A DNA stretch of 54,499 nt from positions 16,782 through 71,280 of the forward strand of contig DYPF01000001.1 of NCBI GenBank assembly GCA_020720105.1, in the 5' to 3' direction. Below the pieces are notes generated by a model. That model was not told the DNA's origin, ran no database searches, and saw only the letters and a program-made list of their open reading frames with translations. Shown in pieces: positions 34,728 to 44,462 of this stretch (position 1 is the stretch's first letter; each line of letters opens with the position of its first letter). The position numbers and the translations under genes are program-made. This DNA is from Chloroherpeton thalassium (GTDB lineage Bacteria; Bacteroidota; Ignavibacteria; Kapaibacteriales; UBA2268).

Positions 34728-37700
34728 ATGTCGTTTGTTGTTCATAATAGTACTTTTGATAAAAAGTATTATTTCGAAAATACTCTTAATTATTTAGAGG
34801 AATTGGTTGCAAGTGATAAAGTAAGCGACTTGATTCTCGTTGTACCAACTAATCGGCTTGTACACTATTATCGAAAATTTGTTATTAAGAAATATTCCCA
34901 AAGATACGGTAAACCTATTTCTGAAATTAATATATATAATTTTGATGATTTTGTTACTTTTTTGTTTACAAAACTTCAAGTAAATCCTAATTATCATCTT
35001 TTATCAGATGGTATGAAAATGATATTATTAGAGCAAGTTATTAATTCTACTCCATTATCATACTACCGTTACAAGGATAACAAACTTAGATTAGATATTG
35101 TTAATCAAATTGGAGAAGCATTACTTAACTTAAGAAAGCAAGGATTACTTAAAACAGGCGATAATGATGAGTTGCTTGAGGATTATCAAATTATTGATAG
35201 TGATAAATCTAATGATATCAACAAATTATTGAATATATTTGATAAACAATTACCCAAAGATTTTTATGATTTTCCCAAAATGTATGCTGAATTACTTAAA
35301 TATTTGTCAAATATAGATTTAAATGACAAGACAAATATTTTATTTAATACAATTAGTGTAAATAAACATATAATATTTAATGGATTTACAGAATTTAAAT
35401 CAACAGAGATAGCTGTTTTATCTCACTTTGCTAAAATACGCATACCTACTGCACTATTCTTTGATTATTCCGAAGTATACGGACCTGTTTTTGGTAATAT
35501 TCAGGATACAATCGCCGAATTATTTGCATCGGGTTTTGAATTGTTTTCAAAGTATAATATTTTTGAAGAAAAACTTGATGAAAAATTAATTAGTTTCCAT
35601 GATATATTAAAGAGAGATTTATTTAATATTTATAAATCAAAACACTTAGAAGAATTACAAAAGAAAGTAAATATTTATGAAGTATCTACGATTAATGATG
35701 AAATAAAAAATATAGTTAAGCTTATTAAATATCTCAATATTGAAAGAGGAATCAAACTTGCTGATATTGCAATTGTTACCAGAAAGCCTGAATTGTATGC
35801 TGAGTTAATATTCGAAAAATTTAAAAGTGCAGATATTCCAATAAATATTACACACAGAAAAACTTTAGATAATTCAACTCTTGTAAATTTAGTAGTACTA
35901 ATTATCAAAATTATTTCACAATCATTCACTATTGATGAGTTGAAAAGAGTAATAGATAGTCCTTATTTAGATTTGAGAATTGAAAATCCAGATAACTTCA
36001 AACAAGTATTACAACTACTAAGAATACAGTCTAATTATATAACCTTTAACAATAATTATGTAGTAAATAGAGCTGAGTCCTATAATAATTATTTAAAAGA
36101 ACAGCTCAAAATTATCGAAGACTATCATTATAAAAGATATATAAACGAAACTATTCCTAAAATTGATTTATTTATAAAAGACTATCGAAGATTAGAATCT
36201 CTTTTTTCTCAATTTTCTAATAAAATTAACATAAACAAAATCAAGCAATTTATCGAACAAGTAATTCTTCAATTTGGAATAGTTATTAAATTACAGAATG
36301 CTTTTTTTGAAATTAGTAAGTCCACTGAAGATTACAAGTTTCATAGTTTGAATTATTTATATACTGCTTACGAAGCAGAAGCCCAAGCACTAAATCAATT
36401 AGTAATTGTATTTAACGATATTTCCCTTTGGTATGGTTTATCCAAAGATATTGATAAAATAAATGAAGTTGATATTGCAGAAATCTTAGAAAGAGTAAAT
36501 GTATCTATCACTCATCAGCCATATCAAATCAAACCCAAAGATAATTATGGAGTATTATTTACTTCGATTGAGCAAATCCGACAATTGCCCTTAAAGGTTA
36601 GAATATTATGTGGAGCAAACGATGGAATATTCCCACATCCATATTCAACTGATAAATTCACTGGTAATGAAGTGTATGATAGTAAAATTAAACATTATCG
36701 TTCAGAGAAAGTGCTTTTCTATCAATTTCTAAATTTTGATATTAGTTCTGATGAAGAAGCTTATATCTTTTATCCGACTGTGAGTAATGGCACTAAAATT
36801 CTACCTTCTCCATTTCTTGAACATCTAAAAGTAGGAAAGAAGGATTTAAATAATAATCAAAGTTCAATCGATTTGTCTAACATAATAATTGATAAAATTG
36901 AACTAACAAAGTCCAAGTTTTATCAAGGTGATTATACTAATAATATTAATGCATCATCAATCCGGAAATTTCAATTAAACTTAAATGAATTCGACAGGAA
37001 TTATTTTGATAGTAAATCATACTCTGTAGGTGATTTCGAGACTTTTGCTAAATGTTCATACAAATACTATGTTGATAAATTATTGAATTATCGAATTAAA
37101 CAAACTCAAACTGATGCTTTAAATTTTCTTGAATTAGGAGATTTATACCATAAAATTCTTCATAAATTTTATTCTGAAATATCTCAAAATAACTTTTCGT
37201 TATCTAATATGATTAAGTTGGAGCTAAGTAAATTTGATGAGTATGTAAAAGTCCTTAGTAAGATTATTTATGCAGAATTATCAAATCCAATTTATAAACA
37301 CCCACTGGTAAAGTTGAATACAAGAAATTTATTATCCAATGAATTATCAATTAATCCAATTTTAAGGTTTATCAAATCAGATATTATTAATCAAGCAGAA
37401 ACCCAGAATTATCCAGTCTTTTTAGAATACGAACTTAAAAACATTGCTGTTGATAATAGTAATGGAAAGAAGATTCGCCTGAATTTGAAGATTGATAGAG
37501 TTGAGAGATTTGATTCTGATTATTTATCTTATACCGTTGCAGATTATAAATTAAGAGATAATAATGTTAATAATAAAAAAATTGAATCATTAAAGTCATT
37601 TCAGATGCCTCTGTATTTATTAGCTCTGCAACGATTTTTTAATGAAAATAATATCGATAGTCAATATCAATTTGGAATTTATTACTTTTTTAATTATTTT

Positions 37701-37889
37701 GAAAATGAAAAGAAGATAATGAAGGTGTTAGACGATAAAAAGAAGAGTGATTTAATTTTAGAGGAGTCAAAGAAAGAAATATTTAGAATAAAACATTCAA
37801 TAATTGATGGATTATTCAAGTTGACTAACAACACAAATGATGAATGTAATTTTTGTAGTTTTGCTGCGCTATGTAGGAAAAATCAATAA
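34728..37889 (+). CDS. AddB-like PD-(D/E)XK nuclease with Fe-S 'iron staple' cysteines; no Walker A seen
   Basis: 1053 aa. Nuclease motifs ...LKIDRVERFD... and ...TVADYKLRD.... One Cys upstream (...FAKCSYKYY...) and a terminal C-x2-C-x5-C (ECNFCSFAALCRK), as in AddB. The N-terminal ...LILVVPTNRLV... resembles the AddB helicase-like fold but lacks GxGK[ST]. ATG 34728 chosen, 1 nt after the upstream stop. Confidence 0.7.
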   Translation: MSFVVHNSTFDKKYYFENTLNYLEELVASDKVSDLILVVPTNRLVHYYRKFVIKKYSQRYGKPISEINIYNFDDFVTFLFTKLQVNPNYHLLSDGMKMILLEQVINSTPLSYYRYKDNKLRLDIVNQIGEALLNLRKQGLLKTGDNDELLEDYQIIDSDKSNDINKLLNIFDKQLPKDFYDFPKMYAELLKYLSNIDLNDKTNILFNTISVNKHIIFNGFTEFKSTEIAVLSHFAKIRIPTALFFDYSEVYGPVFGNIQDTIAELFASGFELFSKYNIFEEKLDEKLISFHDILKRDLFNIYKSKHLEELQKKVNIYEVSTINDEIKNIVKLIKYLNIERGIKLADIAIVTRKPELYAELIFEKFKSADIPINITHRKTLDNSTLVNLVVLIIKIISQSFTIDELKRVIDSPYLDLRIENPDNFKQVLQLLRIQSNYITFNNNYVVNRAESYNNYLKEQLKIIEDYHYKRYINETIPKIDLFIKDYRRLESLFSQFSNKININKIKQFIEQVILQFGIVIKLQNAFFEISKSTEDYKFHSLNYLYTAYEAEAQALNQLVIVFNDISLWYGLSKDIDKINEVDIAEILERVNVSITHQPYQIKPKDNYGVLFTSIEQIRQLPLKVRILCGANDGIFPHPYSTDKFTGNEVYDSKIKHYRSEKVLFYQFLNFDISSDEEAYIFYPTVSNGTKILPSPFLEHLKVGKKDLNNNQSSIDLSNIIIDKIELTKSKFYQGDYTNNINASSIRKFQLNLNEFDRNYFDSKSYSVGDFETFAKCSYKYYVDKLLNYRIKQTQTDALNFLELGDLYHKILHKFYSEISQNNFSLSNMIKLELSKFDEYVKVLSKIIYAELSNPIYKHPLVKLNTRNLLSNELSINPILRFIKSDIINQAETQNYPVFLEYELKNIAVDNSNGKKIRLNLKIDRVERFDSDYLSYTVADYKLRDNNVNNKKIESLKSFQMPLYLLALQRFFNENNIDSQYQFGIYYFFNYFENEKKIMKVLDDKKKSDLILEESKKEIFRIKHSIIDGLFKLTNNTNDECNFCSFAALCRKNQ

Positions 37890-37909
37890 CTGAAGTAAAA
37901 TTTACAGAT

Positions 37910-39850
37910 TTATTTCAAATCAACAATATTGATTGACTTCACACTCCTAATACCCATTAAATCTAATAACTTTTGATTGCTTTGCATCCGGTTCAAGAAT
38001 TGAGCTTCTATTACGCCCTGGAAAGTTTTGTCAGATTCGTTGCTTTTAAATGAATATTTTAGAACTGAATTCCTATCAAAAACTGCATAGATATCCTTTA
38101 CTAAATCATTTCTATCATTCCCTTGAACCGTAATTACTTCTCGAATCAAGTCAGCCGAAAACCCTAAATTATCATTAGGTTGATTTTCAGAAATTGCACT
38201 GTTAATTTGTTCGAAATTTAATTGATTAGAATTATAAAGGTATTTATAGAGATAATTTATAGAGCGATAATCGATTAATTGATCGAAATTAACAACTTGA
38301 TTAGCAAGATTGTCATTATAATAAAGTTGGATAATTTCTCCACCTTGTAGAATATAATGATTATCAACACTTTTGTCAAATATTTTTGCTGAATTAAAAT
38401 TAGTATCGTATTCTTTATTGATAAGCAAAATAAAGTCAATAATAGAGGAGTTTTGTGGTAAATAATATTCACCCTTATTCAAGTAATAACACTTAATTTT
38501 TTCTTTAAAAATATTTCGTTCAACAGATTCCCAAATAATTGGAATTGCATCTTCAGCATAATAAAATAAAGTATAAATCATCCATTCGCCCCAAGTGTTT
38601 AAGTCTTCATTAGAAATATTAATTATCCTATTTGTTAAATGCAGATATGAACGCTTAATAGATTGTTCAGAAATAATATTATGATCTTTTTCATCCATAA
38701 TAATTATTTCTAATTCATCATTTTCAGGGTTAGTAATAGTCAATTTGATTACTTCAAAGCTATATTCAGCAAATTGCATATTCTGGCGAGAATAAAACTT
38801 TGTAGGAAAAATGGAAGTGATTAAAGAACTTATTAATTCGATGTCTACCTCGTTTGGAACAGGCAGAACGCAGCTAACAAAGTCTTTAATTGCTTTTAAA
38901 TTTTTCAGCTTATTTGTAAGGTTATAAATTTCATACATTGGTCTATGATAAACATTTAACCTTATATTGTCAAAATCAAATTCAAGAAATTTACTATTGA
39001 TACCTGATTCAAATTTTGCTATTTTATTTAAAATTTGGGTAATATTTTGATTAATTATCAAACGAATTTCATTTTGTAAATTGGAATCGGAGAGATATCT
39101 AAAGGATAATTGCATCAATTCATTCGCAATATCAGAATACCCCAAGCGATATGCAAAACCAACATAAAACTGTATTGTTTCGCTTGCTATTGCTCTTTGC
39201 TTCTTAAGTGCATCTTCTTTGGAGCGACCTTCCTCGAAGTATTGGAGAGTTTTCATATTATGAAGCCTATCAGAAAGCTTAATAACAATAACATTTGGGT
39301 CAGTAACAAAGGTCATAAAAAGTTTACAATAAGTAAGCCCTTTCTGAATAGTTTTATTATTTAGATAATCATCGAAATTATGATTTCCGAGTATCTTATT
39401 CAATATATTAAAATTAAGACCAACATCTTGAGTAATATTATCATTTGAAATTTTGGTTAGAGCTTCTACAGCCATTGCAAGTTTTTCATTTCCAAATTTT
39501 TGTATGATTAACTCACGTGAAACCTTCTGAATATTTTGCTGAGTGTCCTCAATTGTATCGTGAAGCAATGCTGCTGCAATATAAATCTCATCATAAATTT
39601 CAAATCTCTCAATTAAAAAAAGTGCAACCCACAATAAATGCACATAATATTTTTGTCCAGATTTACGATACTGATTTCTATGATGAAACACAGCAAAAGC
39701 AAAAACACTTTTTAGAAAATATACATCTGCATTTGGATTATGAGGTAATAATTTATTTATTAAAAAATCAAAATCCTGTTTTATATCTTTTCCAAAACCT
39801 TCAGCATAATCGTCAATTAATGCAGACTCAGAAGCTTGTTTAATTTCCAT
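37910..39850 (-). CDS. long RelA/SpoT homologue: intact HD hydrolase, degenerate synthetase, TGS-like and ACT-like C-terminus
   Basis: Hydrolase motifs are present: HHRNQYRKSGQKYYVH, AALLHDTIEDT, IKLSDRLHNMKTL, IASETIQFYVGFAYRLG. The synthetase-region positions read VYHRPMYEIYNLT, DFVSCVL, RQNMQFAEYSFEVIKLT and ELEIIIMD. TGS-like ...YYLPQNSSIIDFILLI...SAKIFDKSVDNHYILQGGEIIQL. ACT-like tail. Confidence 0.8.
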   Translation of the reverse strand: MEIKQASESALIDDYAEGFGKDIKQDFDFLINKLLPHNPNADVYFLKSVFAFAVFHHRNQYRKSGQKYYVHLLWVALFLIERFEIYDEIYIAAALLHDTIEDTQQNIQKVSRELIIQKFGNEKLAMAVEALTKISNDNITQDVGLNFNILNKILGNHNFDDYLNNKTIQKGLTYCKLFMTFVTDPNVIVIKLSDRLHNMKTLQYFEEGRSKEDALKKQRAIASETIQFYVGFAYRLGYSDIANELMQLSFRYLSDSNLQNEIRLIINQNITQILNKIAKFESGINSKFLEFDFDNIRLNVYHRPMYEIYNLTNKLKNLKAIKDFVSCVLPVPNEVDIELISSLITSIFPTKFYSRQNMQFAEYSFEVIKLTITNPENDELEIIIMDEKDHNIISEQSIKRSYLHLTNRIINISNEDLNTWGEWMIYTLFYYAEDAIPIIWESVERNIFKEKIKCYYLNKGEYYLPQNSSIIDFILLINKEYDTNFNSAKIFDKSVDNHYILQGGEIIQLYYNDNLANQVVNFDQLIDYRSINYLYKYLYNSNQLNFEQINSAISENQPNDNLGFSADLIREVITVQGNDRNDLVKDIYAVFDRNSVLKYSFKSNESDKTFQGVIEAQFLNRMQSNQKLLDLMGIRSVKSINIVDLK

Positions 39851-39862
39851 TGTTTAACATAA

Positions 39863-41026
39863 TTATTTTTTTACAAAGGCTTTTAATAAAATATAAACTA
39901 AAATTACTATAAAGATAACTATTGAACCGACAGAAAATATAAGGAAATATGAAGGAAATCTCTTCTTATATGGTTTTTCTGCCCAATCTAACACATCAAT
40001 CTGAGGTACATCTTTCTTTTCCTGAATTGCTTCTTGGAAATAGTTTGTCTTCAAATATGCTAAAATCTGTTCATATAGCTTTTGTTCTCGGATTAGATTA
40101 GTATATTGCCTTATTAATGAAGGGATTTCATTCAAAGGAATAGAGAATTTATCATTTGCAGTCAAGCCTCCAGTCTGAATTTTATCAAATTGATTCTTTA
40201 AAACAGAATAATTTTGTTTTAATAAATTTGATGTTTGTGAATTATCTGAATAAAGATTATTTGCTATCTTCATTTCCACTTCTGCTTTTGCTAATTCTAC
40301 TGCAATTTCATTTGCTTGTCCAACAATAGCCTTAGTTTGCTCTTCTAATTCAAGAACCTTATTATTTGTTTGGAATTTTTCAATTAATTCTTGTATAGAG
40401 TCTAATTTATTTGAATATACTAATATTTCTCCAGAAATAAAATCCTTGGTCTTACCTGAAACGTTATTACTTCTTTGGCGTAGAATATAGTCTAATGCAA
40501 GAATTGAATAATTTGCAATTTCTTTTGAAAGTAGTGCCGCTGAATCTTTTTGAGATTTACTTGGGAAATAAGAAGTCCATAAAGAAACTGTTGTATATAT
40601 TATACCACTTCTATCAACGAGTGGTTTTAATGAAAGTGAGATTTTATCTATTAATCTATGTCTGGGAATATTATGAAAAAATGAAGTTTTTTGCAACTTA
40701 AGTGAGTCTACAATAAAACTTGCGACACTTCGGCTTCTTAGTGCTTCGGAGTAAAATAACGATAAATTGGACTGCTGTAAGCCTCCAAGTCCTGTCATTC
40801 CACCCATTCCAACAGATTGCATCATTGCTGATATGTTCATAGGTGATGATTGTTGCTTGGGCGGCATAATTGAGTAATCAGCAACATAATTGAATGGTGC
40901 CACTAACATATAGATTATTAAAACAAAATACAATGCAATAAATAACAAACTTATTTGTTTTTTATTGGACTTGAATACAATTGTAATATCTTTCAGTGAA
41001 GCATTTGATAATTCTGCAATTTTCAT
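39863..41026 (-). CDS. polysaccharide co-polymerase (Wzz/GumC-like chain-length determinant), no kinase domain
   Basis: 387 aa. N-terminal TM (LLFIALYFVLIIYMLV), a long coiled-coil periplasmic region and a C-terminal TM (FLIFSVGSIVIFIVILVYILL). No P-loop found. Confidence 0.6.
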   Translation of the reverse strand: MKIAELSNASLKDITIVFKSNKKQISLLFIALYFVLIIYMLVAPFNYVADYSIMPPKQQSSPMNISAMMQSVGMGGMTGLGGLQQSNLSLFYSEALRSRSVASFIVDSLKLQKTSFFHNIPRHRLIDKISLSLKPLVDRSGIIYTTVSLWTSYFPSKSQKDSAALLSKEIANYSILALDYILRQRSNNVSGKTKDFISGEILVYSNKLDSIQELIEKFQTNNKVLELEEQTKAIVGQANEIAVELAKAEVEMKIANNLYSDNSQTSNLLKQNYSVLKNQFDKIQTGGLTANDKFSIPLNEIPSLIRQYTNLIREQKLYEQILAYLKTNYFQEAIQEKKDVPQIDVLDWAEKPYKKRFPSYFLIFSVGSIVIFIVILVYILLKAFVKK

Positions 41027-41063
41027 TAATGTCCTATGTTCTTATTGTTATTAATTGGATGAA

Positions 41064-42695
41064 TTATTTTTTTGGAACTGCACTATAAATGGTGAATAAT
41101 ACACCAAAAATAGTTGTTAATTGAGCTATTGTAGTAATTACATCTTTGAAAACTTCTGTGAAGGATATTTCTTTCTCGGGTGGAACAAGTACTACATCAC
41201 CTGGTTCAATAACATAATTCATATCCTTTGCTAAGAAAATTTCACCACGACTTTTAGCAATAAAAGTTTCCTTATCATCAGCTCTGTAACCAAATCCACC
41301 AGCTTGATTAACATAATCAAGATAGGTCCAACCCTCAACATACACAACATATCCTGGATTATTCACTCTTCCCTGTACATTGATATAATTTTTCTTAGTT
41401 GGGACAATAATTGAATCTTTATTAAAGAGTGAGATATTTTGGTCGCTTGATGGTTCATCAATAGCTTTGTTCCAGTCTACTGCCATCGCACCACGCTTTT
41501 CACGAACGCGAGACTGAAAATATCTTTGCTCAAATTCAGACATTTCAGTTAATGGAGTACGGTATAAACGTTCCATTTCGAAATCTTTCTTTTCTGTTTC
41601 TTGCTGACGAATGAATTCAATATCTGCAACAGAAGCATCTTCGGTGAAACCACCGCATCGCAGCAACAAATCATAGATATTATCTTTATTTTCAATTATT
41701 GCATATTTGCCAGGGTATTTTACTTCTCCAGAAATAACCACATAATTTTCTTTATTCCAATTGGGAATTATTCTTACTAATACTCTATCTCCAATTTCTA
41801 AAGGAAAATCTCCAGCTAAATTTTCACGAGTATTAAGAATGTTACTCCAATGAGTTAAATCTACAAAGAATATCTCGAGTGATTTCTCCGCAGCTTTAAA
41901 TCTACTAATTTCAATAGAATCTAATTGAGAAGATGCCAAGAAACCTTGAGCAAACCTTATCAATGTTGACAATGAATCTCCAGGAATAAACTCAAATTCT
42001 CCTGGATAACCAACTTCACCAAAAATGCTGATTTTCTGACGTTCACTACTTGGAGGGATAATGATTTGATCTCCACCTTCAACTACTGGATTGGCTTCTT
42101 TAATACCAGCTAAAAAGAATTTAAGCAAGTCAATTGGAATAACTGAATCACCACGAATAAGTGAAATATTACGTAGGGAAGCATCATATTTTAAACCACC
42201 GGCTCTTTCGATTACTTCAGACGCTCTATCGGTTGGAGATGCAGGAATACTCATTGATTTGGCAACAGAACCACTGATAATTACTTTAAATTGCCGAGTT
42301 CGTGATAACATAAATCCAAATTCTGTTGTCTTATATGCTTTCTTAATCTTCTCGTCAACTAATTCGTATACTTTTGCTAAAGTTAAATTTTTTACATTTA
42401 TCATTCCGACAGTAGGTATCATAAGTTTACTTTCGGGAGATATCTTTACCGGAAAAATTTCAGGTTGAGTAGTAAATATGGAAAATTCAAATTCATCGCC
42501 CGGACCGACTTTATATGCTGTCGCATCAATTTCTTTTTCTAATAAGGACTGAGTCTGTTTAGAAACATTCATTGCATTTTGCAAAGCCAAAGTGTCTAAT
42601 TTAAACTTTGAGATACCTGTGATTTTCGAATAATCAATTTGAGAATAGATAATCCCAAAATTTAGAATTAGAAATGCAAATATTATTTTTTTCAT
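41064..42695 (-). CDS. outer-membrane polysaccharide export protein (Wza/OPX family, multiple SLBB repeats)
   Basis: Signal peptide, Poly_export-like ...YKVGPGDEFEFSIF..., repeated SLBB-like ...GEV.YPG.Y...G..L..LI..AGG... units and a C-terminal hydrophobic helix. Confidence 0.7.
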   Translation of the reverse strand: MKKIIFAFLILNFGIIYSQIDYSKITGISKFKLDTLALQNAMNVSKQTQSLLEKEIDATAYKVGPGDEFEFSIFTTQPEIFPVKISPESKLMIPTVGMINVKNLTLAKVYELVDEKIKKAYKTTEFGFMLSRTRQFKVIISGSVAKSMSIPASPTDRASEVIERAGGLKYDASLRNISLIRGDSVIPIDLLKFFLAGIKEANPVVEGGDQIIIPPSSERQKISIFGEVGYPGEFEFIPGDSLSTLIRFAQGFLASSQLDSIEISRFKAAEKSLEIFFVDLTHWSNILNTRENLAGDFPLEIGDRVLVRIIPNWNKENYVVISGEVKYPGKYAIIENKDNIYDLLLRCGGFTEDASVADIEFIRQQETEKKDFEMERLYRTPLTEMSEFEQRYFQSRVREKRGAMAVDWNKAIDEPSSDQNISLFNKDSIIVPTKKNYINVQGRVNNPGYVVYVEGWTYLDYVNQAGGFGYRADDKETFIAKSRGEIFLAKDMNYVIEPGDVVLVPPEKEISFTEVFKDVITTIAQLTTIFGVLFTIYSAVPKK

Positions 42696-42757
42696 TAATG
42701 ATTGTTATTTTTAAAACTGCAAATTAACAAAATTAGAAATAATAAACTATTTTATTG

Positions 42758-42765
42758 TAATTTTG
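42758..42765 (+). promoter_or_regulatory. candidate -7 box TAATTTTG for suhB
   Basis: TAnnTTTG match ending 20 nt upstream of the TTG start at 42786. Confidence 0.3.
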
Positions 42766-42785
42766 TATAAAAACAACGAGGCAAA

Positions 42786-43568
42786 TTGAGTATAAATTTA
42801 TTAAATATAGCAAAGGACACAGCAATTAATGCTGGTAAAATCCTTTTAGATGGATTTGGGACAAATTTTTCTATTAAAAGCAAGCAAGGCATTCATAATT
42901 TAGTAACGGAATACGATATTAAATCAGAAAATTATATAATCAATAGAATTAAGAGTGAAGTTCCAAATTCAATATTTTTAGCAGAAGAAAGTGGCTCTTC
43001 ATCTGATAATTGCGAAGAAAAAATAAAGTGGATAATAGATCCATTAGACGGAACGGTAAATTTTGCACACAATATTCCAATTTTTTCTGTTAGTATAGCT
43101 GCTGAAATAAACGGGAAAATTTTTGTTGGTGTAATTTATAATCCTATCACAAATGAACTTTTCTACGCTCAACAAGGCGAAGGAAGCTTTTTAAACGGAG
43201 AAAAGATTGCAGTGAGCAAAATTTCTACTTTCGAAGAAGCATTTTTAGTAACAGGCTTTCCTTATCGTCCTGGAGCGGGTAATTATCGGAGTGCTGAACT
43301 TTTTGTAAATGTTGTGCAAAAAGGAATACCAATCAGAAGATTAGGCTCGGCAGCATTAGACTTGGCTTACGTTGCTGCGGGTAGATTTGACGGGTTCTGG
43401 GAAATGGAATTGAATCCTTGGGATGTAGCAGCGGGTTGTTTAATAGTCAAGGAAGCTGGCGGCGTTGTTTCTCATTACGACTTAAGTGAATATTCAATAC
43501 ATTCTAACACAATTCTTGCAACAAATGGCTTGATACATAAAGAAGCCTCAAACTTTTTAACAATATAA
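42786..43568 (+). CDS. suhB: inositol monophosphatase family protein
   Basis: ...EESG..., ...WIIDPLDGTVNFAHNIP... and ...GSAALDLAYVAAGRFDGFWE... are IMPase motifs. TTG start. Confidence 0.9.
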   Translation: MSINLLNIAKDTAINAGKILLDGFGTNFSIKSKQGIHNLVTEYDIKSENYIINRIKSEVPNSIFLAEESGSSSDNCEEKIKWIIDPLDGTVNFAHNIPIFSVSIAAEINGKIFVGVIYNPITNELFYAQQGEGSFLNGEKIAVSKISTFEEAFLVTGFPYRPGAGNYRSAELFVNVVQKGIPIRRLGSAALDLAYVAAGRFDGFWEMELNPWDVAAGCLIVKEAGGVVSHYDLSEYSIHSNTILATNGLIHKEASNFLTI

Positions 43569-43598
43569 TCATAATAATCATAAAGAAGAATTAAGAAA

Positions 43599-44441
43599 AT
43601 GAAATTTTATTATTATTCAGGTTCCGGAAATTTATTCACAATTATTGATAATAGATTTACTCGGTTTTCCACTGAGCAACTTTCACAATTTGCTTTGAAG
43701 TATTGTAAAAAATTTGATAAATTTACAATGGCAACCGAAGGTTTTATTGCATTAAATTCAGCAGAAAGTAACGAAATTGATGTTCAATTCTTCAATCCCG
43801 ATGGATCCACAGGTATGATGTGCGGAAATGGTGCTCGTTCTATAGTGCAATTTGCATTAGATTTGCACTTAATTGATGAAAGTATAAATACACAAATTGC
43901 TTTGGCTGGAAGAATATATAATGCCCGTGTTTATAAAAAATTAATTTATTTGGAATTTCCAAAACCTATCGAAAGTATTTTCAACAAAGAAATCAAATTT
44001 GATGATTCATCAATTATTGCAGATTTTGTAAATGTTGGTTCGCCACATCTATTATTTGATTACTCGCAAATACCATTTTCTGATAAGTTTGAATATAAAT
44101 ATTATCCGCTTGCAGACTTTGCTCAACCAATTCGAAATAATTTACAAACCTTCCCAAATGGAGTGAATGTGAGCATCTACAAAATTATTAGTCATAGCTC
44201 AGTTTACCTAAGAACTTACGAAAGGGGAGTGGAAGCAGAAACTGGAGCTTGTGGAACTGCCTCAATTTCTACTGCATTCACTTTGTTTAGCAGAGGGCAG
44301 ATTAATGAAAGTGTTTCAATTATTCCTACAAGTCAAATACCATTGAAGGTTAATATCAGGCAATTGAATAATCAAATTGATGGGTTTGAATTAACTGGTC
44401 TTGCTGACAAAATTGGCTATTTTGAAATAGATATTGAGTAA
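43599..44441 (+). CDS. dapF: diaminopimelate epimerase
   Basis: ...GSGNLFTIIDN..., first catalytic Cys in ...MMCGNGARS... and second in ...ETGACGTAS.... Confidence 0.8.
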   Translation: MKFYYYSGSGNLFTIIDNRFTRFSTEQLSQFALKYCKKFDKFTMATEGFIALNSAESNEIDVQFFNPDGSTGMMCGNGARSIVQFALDLHLIDESINTQIALAGRIYNARVYKKLIYLEFPKPIESIFNKEIKFDDSSIIADFVNVGSPHLLFDYSQIPFSDKFEYKYYPLADFAQPIRNNLQTFPNGVNVSIYKIISHSSVYLRTYERGVEAETGACGTASISTAFTLFSRGQINESVSIIPTSQIPLKVNIRQLNNQIDGFELTGLADKIGYFEIDIE

Positions 44442-44462
44442 AAATTTAAGGAGTTTTTGATT

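Noticed and set aside
42091-42468. 125-aa plus-strand ORF antisense to the Wza-like gene. Similar antisense ORFs occur at 29974-30312, 39110-39364, 39517-39843, 20826-21080 and 16360-16803.
   Set aside because: Each is fully embedded opposite a gene with clear family motifs. None has a start context, a promoter box or a recognisable domain.
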